From the NCBI RefSeq assembly GCF_001194135.2, contig NC_068987.1, forward strand, positions 81,035,635-81,099,634: a stretch of 64,000 nt of DNA, written 5' to 3'. Shown here piece after piece: positions 39,878 through 54,151 of this stretch. A program made the translations under genes and the position numbers. Numbering within the stretch: the stretch's first letter is position 1; each line of letters starts with the position of its first letter. The notes beneath the pieces are model-generated. The model worked only from the letters and a program-made list of their open reading frames with translations, searched no databases and was not told the origin of the DNA. This DNA is from Octopus bimaculoides (taxonomy: Eukaryota).

Positions 39878-40519
39878 CGACATCTGATGTCTGTTTTCTA
39901 TGCTGGCATGGGCTGGACAACTTGAGAAGAACTGGCAATATATATATGGATGGTGGGCTTTTTTCAGTTTCTGTCGACCAGATTCATGCACAAGGCATTG
40001 GTTGGCCTGGGGCTATAGTAGAAGACACTTGCCAAAGGTGCTACACCGCGTGACTGAACTGGGAACTACGTGATTGAAAAACAAACTTCTTTTCACACAA
40101 TTATGCTTGCACCTCTTTGTTAAACTTAATTTAAAACAAGTTTTTATGTAGTGCTTTTGATATGTAATTTTATTTGCTTATATATATTTTATTGCAATGT
40201 AGTCACACATATAAAGTTGAGAGTTACCAGATTTCTGTGTACAAAGCCTTTTTGGAACATGTTTATTGGTAATTCTAATTTTATGATTTAAGAAAATACT
40301 ATCTTTATGTTGTATATATTTTTCTTGTAATTCAAAGTTGCTATGCAACATATAGAGCAGAAGTAATTCTCATGAGAATTTAGCTAGAACTTTAGGGTAC
40401 ACATTTCATTTGTTGTTCTGTAGTTTGGTGTTCTAGTGAAAATATATCTGTCTAGCCCAAGAAATGATTATGCAACATAGAGCTACCAATGAAAGAAACA
40501 TGAACTTTTCAGTTCAACT

Positions 40520-40940
40520 ACAGCTATCTTGAGTCTTGTTAAAGACAAAAGACAGTGATATTGGAAATGGAAGGAAGGGTCTTTGACTGGAACTGGATAT
40601 CTAATGGAATGGTGAGAATGTGTGGAACATAAACCTCTTTTCATTTGGCACAACCAGCCACAATAATGGCTTTGATCAGATGGTGCATAAGAATTTTGAC
40701 AGCTAGTCTTATATTGTTACAGAGTTTTGGTGCAGTCAAGTTTAATAGCACATAATGTTGAAGGTTGTGAAGAATGGCTAGAATAGGCTGAAGAGAACTG
40801 AGATATTCTGTTAGACAGTAGGCAGTATTGTTAATGTCAGCTACAGTGTTAAGTAACTTGTACCATCTGGATTGGGCTGTTGAGTGATGGTGGCACTAAT
40901 ATCTTGCACAATATTTTTGGCAACTAGACTGGCATGTTTA
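40520..40940 (-). mobile_element. Degenerate Helitron PIF1-like helicase relic
   Basis: Manual minus-strand translation YCLTEYLSSLQPILAILHNL..LLNLTAPKLCNNIRLAVKILMHHLIKAIIVAGCAK*KEVYVPHI matches the Helitron motif EFLNSL...LRNLNPPKLCNGTRL...GEDVFIPRI. Confidence 0.8.
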
Positions 40941-41471
40941 GAAAGCCACAAATGGTTTCTATAGTTCCGTGATTCTAAGATAAGCCCTCAGTATCATTTC
41001 AAGAGATGTGTTTATAATTGGTTTTTCCAACACTTCTGTAGTCATGCCATACATTTACTGAGTGAGTGAGTACTGTTAGATGAAGAAAGGATACAAAAAT
41101 CAATTAAACATAACATACCAGAAAATTTACACTTATTGGGAATCAAATGTGTAAATATCATTTAGAGACTAACAAGAGAGAGATTATGATAGATGGGGGG
41201 AGAGAAAGATTAAGGTGAAAGACAATGGTAAACTGATGTACTTCATATTAACATACCTCCTCAACTACTTCTCCAGTACAACTATCAGTCTACATCTCTT
41301 TTTATTAACTCATCCTTATTTTATTCCAGTGGGTTGTTGAATGTGGGGTTCTTTGTGTTCATGTGTTACAGTGGGTTGCATCTTGACCTCCGTGAGAAAT
41401 CTTGTAAAGATTTGCTGCAAAATAGAGACTTTGTTTCAATGCAAACAGACATTGACACTTATATGTATATA

Positions 41472-41692
41472 CCAAGTGGGTGCTGAAAAGTTCCTGGCTT
41501 TAAGGGTATCATGAAAGGCCTGGTTGGAAGCCCAACCTTCTGAGTTCTTTTACAGGGCTTAGAAAAACTGAAGGATTTCTGCAATGAGTGTGTGGATCTG
41601 AGGGTGGAATATGTTCAATAAAATCATAATTAACTGATCCTCCTGTATTGTCTTTTGCCCAAAGCCAGGAACTTTTCAGCACCTTCTTCATA
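41472..41692. mobile_element. mariner-derived MITE (~220 bp)
   Basis: TIRs ggtgctgaaaagttcctggcttt (~41479-41501) and aaagccaggaacttttcagcacc (41661-41683); TA flanks. Confidence 0.9.
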
Positions 41693-41987
41693 TAGTTATA
41701 ATTATATAGCATAATGTATGTTTGATTCATATTTGTAAATTATATCTGAAGAATGAGTTATATATTTAAATGCATGCACATCCACAAACATACACACACT
41801 CTCGTTCACTTTATTAATTTATTACATAAATGCAGAGAAATTTTTTTAATTGGAAATTTTTTTTAAAAAGTAAAAAGGAAAAATTTCAAATTTGTTATAT
41901 TTTTTGATACATTACAAACTGAAAAAAAAAAAAAAAAACTAGAATAAATTGATTATTATTAAATTATATAAGTATAATTATTTTCAG

Positions 41988-42101
41988 GTGTGATATTCTA
42001 AGAAAAATAGAAAATATCATATTAAAAATTTTGAAGTCACTTGAAAAGGGAATTATGCCTTCACTTGAATACACTAATCATTCTTCATGGGATAATATCA
42101 A
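41988..42101 (+). CDS. SPO11: SPO11 coding exon 2 (CDILRKIENIILKILKSLEKGIMPSLEYTNHSSWDNIK)
   Basis: Acceptor ttttcag|G; 114 nt, phase 2/2; donor ATCAA|gcaagt. Aligns without gaps to the human SPO11 exon-2 peptide as recalled (SEVLASIENIIQDIITSLARNEAPAFTIDNRSSWENIK), 17/38 identical including IENII, SL, P and SSW.NIK. Confidence 0.88.
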
Positions 42102-44819
42102 GCAAGTATTTTCATTATGTATTTTTTAATAAAATATCATTTTCATTTTTTGCAATATTGTTTGTTAATGAAAGCATGAAAAAATTACTTTAAATCCACA
42201 GATGATGCAAAATTGATAACCAGAAGTCAAGTTTTTATAATTGCTAAAATTTGAAAGCAGTTTTGATGTTCATTATCTGTTATATATTTTCAGTTTCATT
42301 TTTTGAATGAATTCTCTTTCAGTCTCTCTTTCCTAACTCTTTTATAGTTATACATAAATCAATCTACCCACACACATGCTTACCTAGACATATTGGCATT
42401 GTCATGATTGCATGGTTAAAATATTTGCTTCTCATCTTCTTGGTTTTGGGTTCAATCTGCTTGTGCAGCACCTTGGGCAAAAGTCTCCTACCATAGCCTT
42501 GGGTTAACCAAATTCTTATTTGTAAAATTTGTTTGATTGAGACTGCGGAATCGTTTTAGATGGCCGATTGGCAGATTTAAATCATTGTTCTGTTAAAATC
42601 ATAACGTGGTCCTTGGATTTGTGAAGCAACATCCAGTCTTTTTCAAGCATTTAGATAAGGTCCCTAATCTGATGATAGCTTCCTCCTTTCCTTCCCTAGC
42701 CCTGAATGACCAAAAGATGGTTGTGGCTACTGTCCTTCTTTGACTAAATTGTAAAACAATAATAATTGGTATATAAAACAATAGCTAATTGTAAAGAGTT
42801 GGAACTAATACTGCAAGCTGTTTTTTTTCCCAATACGCTAATGATTTTGCTAATGCTCACACACACATGCATGCACACTCAAATAATCCCATACAAAGAT
42901 ACAAATATCATTACATGTTAACCCACATGTCTGCACAGGCACACACATACACAAAATTTATATATGTAAATAAAGTAAATAGTTATCTTGTTAGCTTTAA
43001 TGAAGATTACTGCAACAGCTTTTTTATGATCAACACATCTATTGACTAACTGAAATCCTGTGTAAGTGACAATTGTATGAACACTTGTGTATTCAATATA
43101 TTTCAAAGATTGGATAAGATTGAATATTTGAAATACAATCTACTTTACAGGCTTTCACCTGTTTATCATCTTCTGACTTTCTTCAAAAGGTTGATCTTAA
43201 GCTATGTCAGAAGGTGAGTATTAAACAGTGGGATTAGACCTGAGCACCTTTTCATTATGAAACAAATTTCATGACCATTTGGCCATGCTTTGTCCTAATC
43301 TATTTGTCTGTTTATGCATAGACAAGATTGCAGAAATTAACAATCTGCTTAGTGATAATACTAATTTCTCAGGATTCAGAAAGACAACACTGCTCAATTA
43401 AAAGTTAAAATTAAATCAATTTCTGCTTCAAACAAACAATATGATCTCCTTCATTTCTCCACATTGAAAAATTCACTTGAGCATATATTTATGGAACAGT
43501 GAAAATGCACTAACAGTACAGTTTTCTCTTCAATAATTTCACAAGCATACACACCAACACATCCGATTGCTAAACAATTACATAACGTTATCAACAATAA
43601 ACACCAGTGAGATACAGCATATGTTCATCTGATAGGTTCCTGGGGATCTTAAATGGTATAAACCAAATAGGCAATATATCTACCTTACAACTGAAAAGAG
43701 GAAAATAGAAATTAATTCTGAGAGAAAATAATATCATTAGATTAGTTGGGAATGGTAATAAGTTTAGTTTTGAATTGTAGTGATGTGCCAAAAGTTATAA
43801 TCATATGCAACATAACAATAGAAACTTTGAAATATTTTATTAATTAATCATATTTTAGTTTATGATTACAATTGAATGATTATTCAGTATAAACATTTGG
43901 TTTTGGCATATCATATGTATATAATTTAAAATAATATATGAACAAATTGAAAACAATTCCTGATTGATTATTTTAATTGTCTGGCTTCAAAAATCAATCA
44001 GGCCTGCTTTATCTCTCAAGCACTTACTTCCTCCAAAGAATTTTAATTTCTGTTTAATTAGCTACTGTGGTGAGTTCAAATCAGGCTGAAGCTGACTTAG
44101 CCTTATCTACAGTCTGAGTACTGCAAAGATCTACAACATAGTGAATTTCAATCCATTAGATGTAGAACTACTGTGAAACATGGTTACTCTTTTTTTTTTA
44201 ACAATTTAAATAAACAGTTCACAAGATAAATTGTTGTATGTTTATACTCAATATCAAATGATGATCAATGCATAGAAAGATATGAAATTAATATACTGAA
44301 GGAAAGAAGCACTTATTCATGGAAATTAGTTTTATTTTAGAGCACTAAATCAATGTTTTCATTATTTGATCCCAAACTCGCAATGGATGCTCGGTTTTGT
44401 TTGCTTTTTTTGTCAAACTGAAACCAATGATATTTTTTATTCATTATGAATAGTCTTATATAATGACTGCAGTTATGTAGTTCAGAAACTAATTTATATT
44501 TAGAAAGTTATTTGTAATAATGATTTCTTTTATAATAAGCCTTTCGTTATTCATGTAGGTAAGAGAGCCTTGCAGTTATGATGTTAAAGAAATTAGAAGC
44601 TGCTCTGTTTAATATTTTTATAAGTTGTTTACAAAGGAAGTCTGTTTGAACAACTAACAGAAACAGTCATGGATCTCAAGAAATTAGCACTTCTTCAAAT
44701 ATCTATTGTTCTAATACTGAAAATAGGAAAAAGTTTACACTAGGATTTTAGCCAACACTGCATATATAGACAGATATGAACACCTTGCATTATATTCAAT
44801 ATTTTTGTGGACAGGAAAA

Positions 44820-45350
44820 GTCAAGAAAAAATTCACACTAGTAATTTATAAACATATAAAAAATTGGCTAGGTAAACACTTCACTGAAGTTCCCCAGAGC
44901 ATTGAGATCATAATGCAATCACATTCAAGACTGCAACTGATAATCATAAAGATGGCTGTAAAAAGTATCTTAAACCTGTGAAGATCATCAACCACTGATT
45001 AGCAAAACTATATCTAAAGACTTGAAGAAAATGTGAAATATAGCTATAACACAGGTTGGTCGTTACAAAGATTTGATAGCTTCTTCAGCTCAAAGATTCT
45101 AGAAACATTAGATGTAAGCATAGAGGCACCAGTGGTATGCAGGTATATCAAGCATGCTGTAAGTTAAATAGGAAACTACTTCTCTAGCCAAAACAAACAA
45201 TAGAATAGTAAGAGCAAAGTTAATTTCTGTAGGAAAAAGAATATCTCAAAGGGATAGTCTTTCTTTGCTCTTCATCAGTTTGACACTATAATACCTCTAA
45301 ATAAAATGCTACACCAGCATGGAAATGATTAGAGGTATTATGGTGATAAT
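44820..45350 (+). mobile_element. Degenerate R4/Dong-like RT relic
   Basis: Scattered motifs across frameshifts: GCK; caaagatttgatagc...attctagaaacatta (decayed KAFDS...ILETL); atatctcaaagggatagtctttct (decayed IFQGDSLS). Confidence 0.55.
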
Positions 45351-48300
45351 TAATGCTACTGTATATGAATGAACGCACGCAATATGCAAGAGTTGAAAAA
45401 TTACTGGAAATTCTTAAGAGAGATGTAGAATGGTTCAATGAGTTGAATTGCTGTAAGAAGTGAAATAATCTAACCATGTCAGACGCTAGTCTTTCTTTAG
45501 GGAGAGGAAGAAAAAGAAAGTGTGTGTGTGTGTTACTGGCAAGGTTGAAAAATTGTACATGAGAAAATGAAATAAAGGAGTGATATGCAGAGGTAGATGT
45601 AGAGAAAGAGGTGGGAAAGCCAGTAAGAGATGATGAAGGTAGTATGATTGGAAAGAAAGTAAAGTGTGAGGGAAGAGTGCTCAAAATTTGTAACTTGTTG
45701 AAAGTTGAGAGAGGTGTAAAGATCTAGGTCAGGTACTGTGTGCCAAAAGGGCACACAGTAACACAGATACACGTACAGAAGAGAAGAGAAGGGGAAGTGA
45801 ATGCTAGTGGTAAACAAACAAGAGACTGTAAGGAATCTGTGGTGATGGTCAAAATCATAAAGATGTCCAAGTAGCTGAAGGCTGAAATAATAAACAGAAC
45901 AGTAATCAAGCACACTGACTAATAAAATTTGAATATATGCCACAAAATGTATATAATAATATGCATAATGAATGTATAAAACTGAATGTGTATGACCAAG
46001 TTGTACATAGACGTACATTGTATACCACGATGCAAATAGTGGCCATACACAAATGAAAACAGTTTTTGAGGTGGGATGAGCTAAAAGTGAAAGAGATTCA
46101 AAAAGTTGAAGCATGTACATAGGCTCTCTGGGGAAGAGGTTTCCCTTGTATTATTTACTGTGGGTGTGAGCAGAAATTTGCGTACAAATTTTATTTCTCT
46201 TTGCTAAGTAAATGTGCATCCATGCAGGTAACTATCTTCAGTTAAAAGAAATGTGATTTCATTTTGAAACCTTATCTGCACATATTTTGCCTTTATATGT
46301 TAGTTGTAAAATGCATGTGCATGCAAAAATGTATAGCTTAGAAGAATTAGGCAAAGACTCTGTGAGTTAAAAATGGGACAAAATAAATGTACCAAGGCTA
46401 CTTTGAAGAGTGGATGACTCATAAAAATCAATATCTTTTTTGATGCTGCAATAAAAGAATTAGTCTGAAGAAAAATACTTAAGAATCAGTAAATTAAATA
46501 AAATACAACACACATAAGTAAAATCATATGTCAGGAAAGAATTTAAATGTTTTAGATTAATACTTGAGTGAACTAATTGTTGAAAATATGATCTTAGGTG
46601 TCCAACTTTGTAGTTGTTCCAATCATATGCTATAATTATTTTATATTCAAACAGAAATTAAGTAAATTTGTACAAATAGACAGATAAAGCAAGAAAAAAT
46701 AATTACAGTATTTAAGCTACATCACATACAGTATTTAAAATAATTCAGACAGAATATATTTAACACAAGCACATGATTGTAGAGGTCATCTGCAGTAGAA
46801 AAATATTGTAAAATAACTACTGTGGGATTACAAGAATATCTAATAGAGAATCAATGCAACCAATACAAATATCTATAAATGTGTTTGGAACATATTTTGT
46901 CTTTAGAGAGGCCAATGGGTATAAAAAAGAAATGTATCAGACAGCATTAAAACAACAAAGGAATCTATAAAAAAAACAATAAAAATATTTGGGAAAAAAG
47001 AGAGAAACTTTTAGTATAAAATGTTATGTGGTAGAAACTAGAAAATTTCTTATACAAGGATCCACTTTATTATGAAAACTCTGGTTATGGAATTCCATAT
47101 TTAAGGTCATTGTAAAGTAAGATCGAATTTTGAGATGTGGCTGATGATTGTGTCGTTATGGAAGCTAGAGTAAGGTAAACTTAAAAAAAAAAATTAAGTC
47201 GTGATGTGTGTATAAAAAAGATACATTATTTTTTAGAAATACTGTTTGATCTGGATTGTGTGTCTGTTGCTGCTGCTGTGCAGATTTTCTGTTTATTGTT
47301 GTTGCTGCTGGATTTAACTTTTACAAATGTACAGTATAGTGTGTTACCCTTCTTCAAGGTGACATGAAAACAGTCATCAGGTGGAAGTGAAGGCAAAAAG
47401 GAGAAGGGATTATGTTAATGTTTTAAAATGGTTCGATGTGTGAGAGAAACTCAGCCACATTGCATTTGTGACACAAAAGACAAAATTAGCGATGATTTCA
47501 TGCAGATACTTCAGTAACTATCTAACCATTGTTTTCTCATAGGCATGATGTAGTTCTTAACATGGAATGGCTCCTGAATGTGTGGGTAAATGATCAGGCA
47601 GGATGTAATTTGCTGATAAGCAAATGAAAGCTAAAAATATTTTTCTTGTTTATTCCTTAATGTATTCCTCTTAATTTTTTTTATTTATACTATGTTGTAT
47701 GCGTTTAAAATAGTTATTTTCATGCATAAAAATGGTTTTATTTTATACTTTGTTTTTTTTCTGAAAAATGTTTTGTGGATGCACATCTAAAACTATAATA
47801 TGGAAGTCAATGAGAAGATAGGTTTTGCATTACAAAATTTGCCAAAACCAAATGCATATACAGGCATGACAAATTTACTAGATGCATGCTTTGGAAATTC
47901 TCCTGACTGATGACATAAATTACAAAATGTCTTTGAAAGTGTACATGAAACCATGTTCTGGGGCATGCCAAGTATAACTTCAAAATTTTCTTGCCAAACA
48001 CAAGCAAGTGAGATTGGTGTTTTCTAGATACACCTGTTCCACTATACTACAATATATCACAAGAGGAATTGTTGAAATTTTCTAAATACAGAGGTCTGAA
48101 AATAACTATCCTGAATGTGGGAAATGCAAAAAGAAAATAATTCTATGGTGCTAGATATGCTATGATTGATATAAAGATTAATAAATATATAACCAAAATT
48201 GTTCTCATTCATACATGAAAAAGAAATACCCCAGATAATAGAAATTATCAATGCAATAGAAATTATGCATTCAGTATAGACACAAATGTTACATACAGCC

Positions 48301-51300
48301 ATGTTATGCATATACGAACCACAGAATATGTATACTTAATAATGCATTGAAAGTGCACAGTATATGAGATGATACTTTATGTAAAACAGCAAATTCTTAT
48401 ATAGACACAAAGCCAGAAAATTGGGGATCAAAAGATTAGATTATCAAATCAGCCTAGTTCTTGACTGCCTTTCAAAGTAGATTGGATAAAATACCAGTTT
48501 CCCCTCAACAGGTTTTGAACTCAGAATATAAAAATCTGCTCCTGAATACTTCTAGAATGTCTTGTGAATGAAATTGGTAGATGAAAACTATGAAAGCCTG
48601 TTGTGTGTGTCTTCCAATTTGTGCCTTGACATTGCTTATGCACTGGGTAAAACAATGCCGTTGCATAGACATTATCATTGTTTGTCTGCCATAAAAATAT
48701 GTTTAGCCGTTGAACAGTTTGTCATTCAAAGCAGCAGAGGAATAAATATCTTACTAGGAAACAAAGGTTAGTAACAGGGAGGATGTCCAGCTCAAAAAGT
48801 CTTGTCTATCCCATGTCAGTTTGAGAAAAGTGGACATAAACATGATGATGATGATATATTACTAATCAAGATGACTGTTTTAATGTTAGTATTTATTTTA
48901 ATGTTACTGATGGATAATAGTCAAAATAAAAGCTTGTAGTATTTAAAATCAGAATGTAATTATTTGAAAGTAAGTATTATAACTCATTTAGTCTTACCAC
49001 TTTACCATTGTTGCTAATTTTCATTGTCGGAAGCTGATTTTTACTAATATTCTTATCCATAGGAAAGAAGAATCTTGTAAAATTTACCATTTGTGACTGT
49101 CTGTTTCTCTAAAGAAATATATAATATAATCAAGAGAAAGGGTATGCAGGACAATAATAATAATTTACTTGGATTCTTCTGTTTTCCCAGCATTTAGTGC
49201 CTGGTGTCTTCTAGTTTGCAAGATCTATTGATAAATGAATAAGAATGCTATTTAGATATTGAGAGCTGATCAAATTTTAATGGTCACCATTAAAACATTT
49301 TAGAACTAAAAATATCAACGATGTTTTTAAGTCAAAATCATTGATGTCAAAAGCCACTTTTTGCTTATTTTCATACTATAAAGTAAATTTTGCAAAATTC
49401 AGCTTATTTCAAAGTTAAGCATTTTTTTTCCATTATTTTTGATGCCAAACTATTTTTTGCAACTATCTTCAATGTTAATACTATATACCCAAAGTCAATA
49501 GAGACTACTTGTTCACATTTCTTATTTTCTTTAAATCTCTTATCTTATTTGAATGTTTTACAATTCACTTATTTTGTCATTTAAATTGTTTGTTCTTGCA
49601 TAGTTTGTATAGATGAAATAACTAATTTTGCCAAGGAAGTATTTTCTTGTAAAAATTAGCAATTAATTATGACTATAAAGCAAGGAAATTTTGGCATTGT
49701 TGCTAAAGATATGATGTTTTAAATATAATGTATTAAAATTTTCTTGATGTTTCACCCTTCTTTTCAATGCTTTTAGTTACTTTTGTGTCACATAGATAGT
49801 TTGAAGCATAGAGTATTTGAATAATGAAGAAATTTTTTGGTTTTTTTTTGTTAAAAAAAATTGCTGCCACATATGTATATGACGTTTTCTTAATTTTATA
49901 TCTGAAAAGAAGAATGGATGTTACCTTAGGTTAGTGAATAAATTTTATTTATGAGAAAATCACCTAGATTTATCATCCATTGATTTGTGAGAAATCATAT
50001 GGTTGTTAACTTATTGAATGTCAGATGTGTAGCTATTCCAATTCTAACAATGACTTTAAGGTTGATGAAAGTACAATAATTTGATTGCTGATAATGTTAC
50101 CTTGCAAAATATTTTGTTTCACATGTATGGACACACACACACACATAAAGAGAGGGAATGTCTGTGAGGTTAACAATCTGATTTTTTTTTATTATAAATC
50201 ATTGATAGTGCTTTAACATGCTTTTCTCTGTGCTTGTATGTGTTGGATAGGGCAGCTGTAGACCATTACCACTCATCTTGGTCTTTCGTCATCTTGTCTG
50301 GAAGGCTCAGTTCCTCAGATTGACTATCATTGCTTATTTCTTGCTTTTCTTTGCTACAATTTCATTCTATCGTGAACACCTAACACCTTTTCATTTAGTA
50401 CTCACCAGCTAATAGCGTATATTGGTCTCTCCTTCATACATTTGCCAAAGCTGGGTGTATAATATTAACTTGCATGAAAATCAGAGCACAAATGAACTAA
50501 GATAGAAACTAAGCTTCTAACTGATAACTCTCCTGTGTATTTGTGCCTTTGAAGTGTTAGTCTCTCCTCTATCATCTGGCAGTAAATTTGTTGTGTACAT
50601 GTTGGTTGCACAAAATAACAACAAAATGTTCTTACTCGTTCTTTTTCTATATATTGAGCAAAAGCCATATTGCAAATGGTGCTGGGTTTTGTAATGGTAT
50701 ATGTCATGGTATATGTCATCTTCTACTTAAGTTATTGTTACTTAAGTTACTATTAAAGAAGACAAGATATATTACCAGTTGGAATGGATGATCATAGTTT
50801 CTGTGTTATAATAAGTAGCAGATAATATTTATATGGAACACTATGAAAATTTAACTCTAAGAGATCTGAAAAGTGCAAAACTAACCAACAATTTTGCTCA
50901 GGTATGTGGATGATACCTTAATTCTGTAGAAGCATCAAAACTATGTCCATGTCATACTGAATAATATGACTGCATATAAATCTATACTACAGAAAAGGAA
51001 AATAATAGAAGTACTTTGCTGTACATAGAAGTTGCTATCAAATCATTTATGTATCAAAAGCTAACATCCATTCAATTCAATATAAATTATGAGCTCAACC
51101 ACTATTATAGTGTTGGGAAAGTTATTGCTATGGTCTGGCTGAGAATTAAAAGTATAACTTCAATATATAATATTCAATGTAACATTAAATCAATTTTCAG
51201 GATGAACACTGCAATCTGCAGTTCTTTAAACAGAGTTAAATCTACTCAAATGCAGGAAGAATTGAAATCATTGCATATATAACATGCCAATCAATTGTGG

Positions 51301-51429
51301 TTGGGTCTACAAAAGGAAAACAGGAAAACACATAAATATTAGAATCATAGAATATCAAAAAGCCAGTAGAAAGTATAGAAAATAGAAGGTAGTGTTAGAG
51401 TATGAAGAATTTAATCTGAGAATCTAATC

Positions 51430-52160
51430 TGTAAAATTAGTGCCATTGTATCCTAATGTAGCTGCTAGCAATGAAAAATGAGTTTAAATAGCTCTTAAAT
51501 TGTCATGTATTTGTCCTATTTATCTATGGTGTAGTAGATTGAATCTTGTGTAAAATAAAAGTTCATGGAGATGAATATAAATATTATAAATATGACACCT
51601 GATGATAAGAGATCAAATCATTTAACTTGCAGTAGTTAACATAAGATGAAAATCCGAGATTAACAGTCTGAGAAAAATAATTCTGTCAGTATTAATAACT
51701 TAAAACATCTAATTTTCATTTTGAGTTTAAGTTTTTACTTAAAATTCATATACATCAAAACTGTGTTTTCATATGTGAAGAAGTGAAATTGTTTTATAAA
51801 GAAAATATGTCGTTTCTGGAGACTTGCCTTACCAGGAAAATAAAATCAATATTAAAATGCTGTATATTGATATATTGGCAGATAAGCATTGGCAATTGTA
51901 GCAACAGAAAAATCAGTAAAGCATAACTCCATACTTCTATACTTTATGCATATATGTTTATATTAGTAGTAGTGACGATATTAGTAGTTGTACTCTGAGT
52001 TTTGCAGATCCAGTTATCATCTTATTAGTGATAGTGTATCCTAATATGGCTGCTAGTAACAAAAATGGGTTTAAATATCACTTAAATTGCCATACATTTG
52101 TACTATTTAACTTTGCTTTAATAGATTAAAGCTTGTGTGAAATAAAAGATCATGGAAACA
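51430..52160. repeat. Diverged local duplication (~130-bp block repeated ~590 bp apart)
   Basis: tgtatcctaat...gctgctag...aaaaatg.gtttaaata...cttaaattg.cat...atttgt.ctattta...agatt.aa.cttgtgt.aaataaaag.tcatgga at ~51445 and ~52035. Confidence 0.8.
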
Positions 52161-53525
52161 TGTAAATGTGACAAATCTGACAAAAGGCTTTTTCTCTATT
52201 GCCATTTACCAATAATCTTTTGACAATTTTATACTAAAGTTGTCATTAAGAATGACTTTGACATTGTACCATGGAAACATTTTCAGTATTGTTAACATTT
52301 GGTATCTATCACTATTCCTTTGAATTATGAGCTCTCTTTTTCTATGTACCTTTATGGAATGTGTTAATTAGGCTCTTTCTAATCTTTATCAACCTATTCA
52401 GATGATCTGAGTTTTGTCATCTCACATATTATGTATCTTGACATCAATGGCCAACATACGGTTGAAGAATTTACATTCAGTATATAGTTTCAACACTTTT
52501 TCTAATGTTAAGTTCACACACTTGTTACATTATTTCATTCTGGTGTGCACACATTCTTCAAAACATCCTATAATGTGATCATGACAACTTAGTCTTATTC
52601 AACTGACATAAAACATTTCATTCTTAATTAACATTTAATGAAAACCAGCAAACTCTTTTTAAATACTAGCTCTTATAAGATTGAGGATATGATGACTGCA
52701 TATTTTTCACATTAAAAATTTTATTGCAATGACTGGGCTTCCTTTCCTATGTTACAAAGTCTATCTTGAAAAAATTAGGATACATTCTACATTACAGTAC
52801 ATTACAGCTTTCACAAGATTAAGAATTCCTTCCATTACCCACATTAAAAAGAAAAGCAAAAAAAAAAAAACGTAAAACATTTAACAAGCAAACTCTCACA
52901 GTAACCCTTTTCAAACATTAGTTCAGTGCATTCACCAAGAAATGAGCTGTTCTGTCTCTTTTTAAAATCTGATACTTCAGCTGTCTTGGCTTTGTAAAAC
53001 ATGCTGACTGTATTAATATCTATATTTAAACACACTTGTTGCAGCTGCCCCGTCTATTATTCACTGTCTTACACAATCCAGTTCTTTTCAAAACATTATG
53101 CTTGCTCCTTTTAATTCAGGACTGTATCACTTTCATACATTTTCTTGTTTCCTTTCAAACAAAATGTGCAAGAATTCAAACTGAATATTACTTGCATTAC
53201 CACCTTTTACCCCTTGTTGCTAATTTTCCTCAACTTAAAAGAGGTTAATATTCCTTAGTTTAGAAGATGCTGGAACCGTCCCCTTTATCTAATATGATTA
53301 AAAAACATACAATTCATGAATGTACCATATTCTAAGATGTTCAAATCACTCATTAAATTTCACACACACACACACACACATACAAACACACTATCTCTCT
53401 CTCTCTGTCACTCATGCACATAGACACTCTCTCTTTCCTATACATGTGTGCATGTGTTTTATATATATATATAGTAAACTATGAAAACTGTTACAGTAAT
53501 GCATATGAGTGAATGTATAGAGATA

Positions 53526-53526
<1 letters not shown>

Positions 53527-53573
<47 letters not shown>

Positions 53574-53585
53574 AACACACACACG
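53527..53585. repeat. (TG)n microsatellite; further (CA)n runs at ~53360-53385 and ~54055-54110
   Basis: Directly visible. Confidence 0.95.
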
Positions 53586-54068
53586 TATGAAACCATGACA
53601 CTGGAATATGATGTAAGCAAACTCTTTAAACTGTTCAACCAATGCCAGTATAGAGAATGGACACTAAAAAGTGATGATATATATATCTGCTTATATGTAT
53701 TTATGCATGTGTGTGTGTGTATATATGTAGGTATACACACATATATATGCACATACGTATATACGTATATATACAATGCATACATGAATATACACGTCAT
53801 CATCATCCTTGTTTAACATCCACTTTCCATGCTGGCATGGGTTGGACAGTTTAACTGAGGACTGGCAAGCCAAGCGGCTGCACCAAGCTCCAATCTGATC
53901 TGGCAAGGTTTCTACAGCTGGATGCCCCTCCTAACACCAACAACTCTGAGTGTGTAGTGGGTGCTCTTTTATGTGCCACCGGCATAGGAGCCAGAGATGT
54001 GACACTGGCATCAACCATAATATACTTATCAACATATAAATAATTATATTTATACACGCACACACACA

Positions 54069-54109
<41 letters not shown>

Positions 54110-54151
54110 ATATATACATGTGTGTGTGTCTGTATATATAGAATGTATATA

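Noticed and set aside
45286-46120. Long minus-strand ORFs (132 and 195 aa)
   Set aside because: Low-complexity composition with no recognisable domain; the 132-aa ORF also overlaps the end of a LINE relic.
47543-47585. Candidate exon HDVVLNMEWLLNVW
   Set aside because: Wrong length and end phase for SPO11 exon 3; similarity unconvincing.
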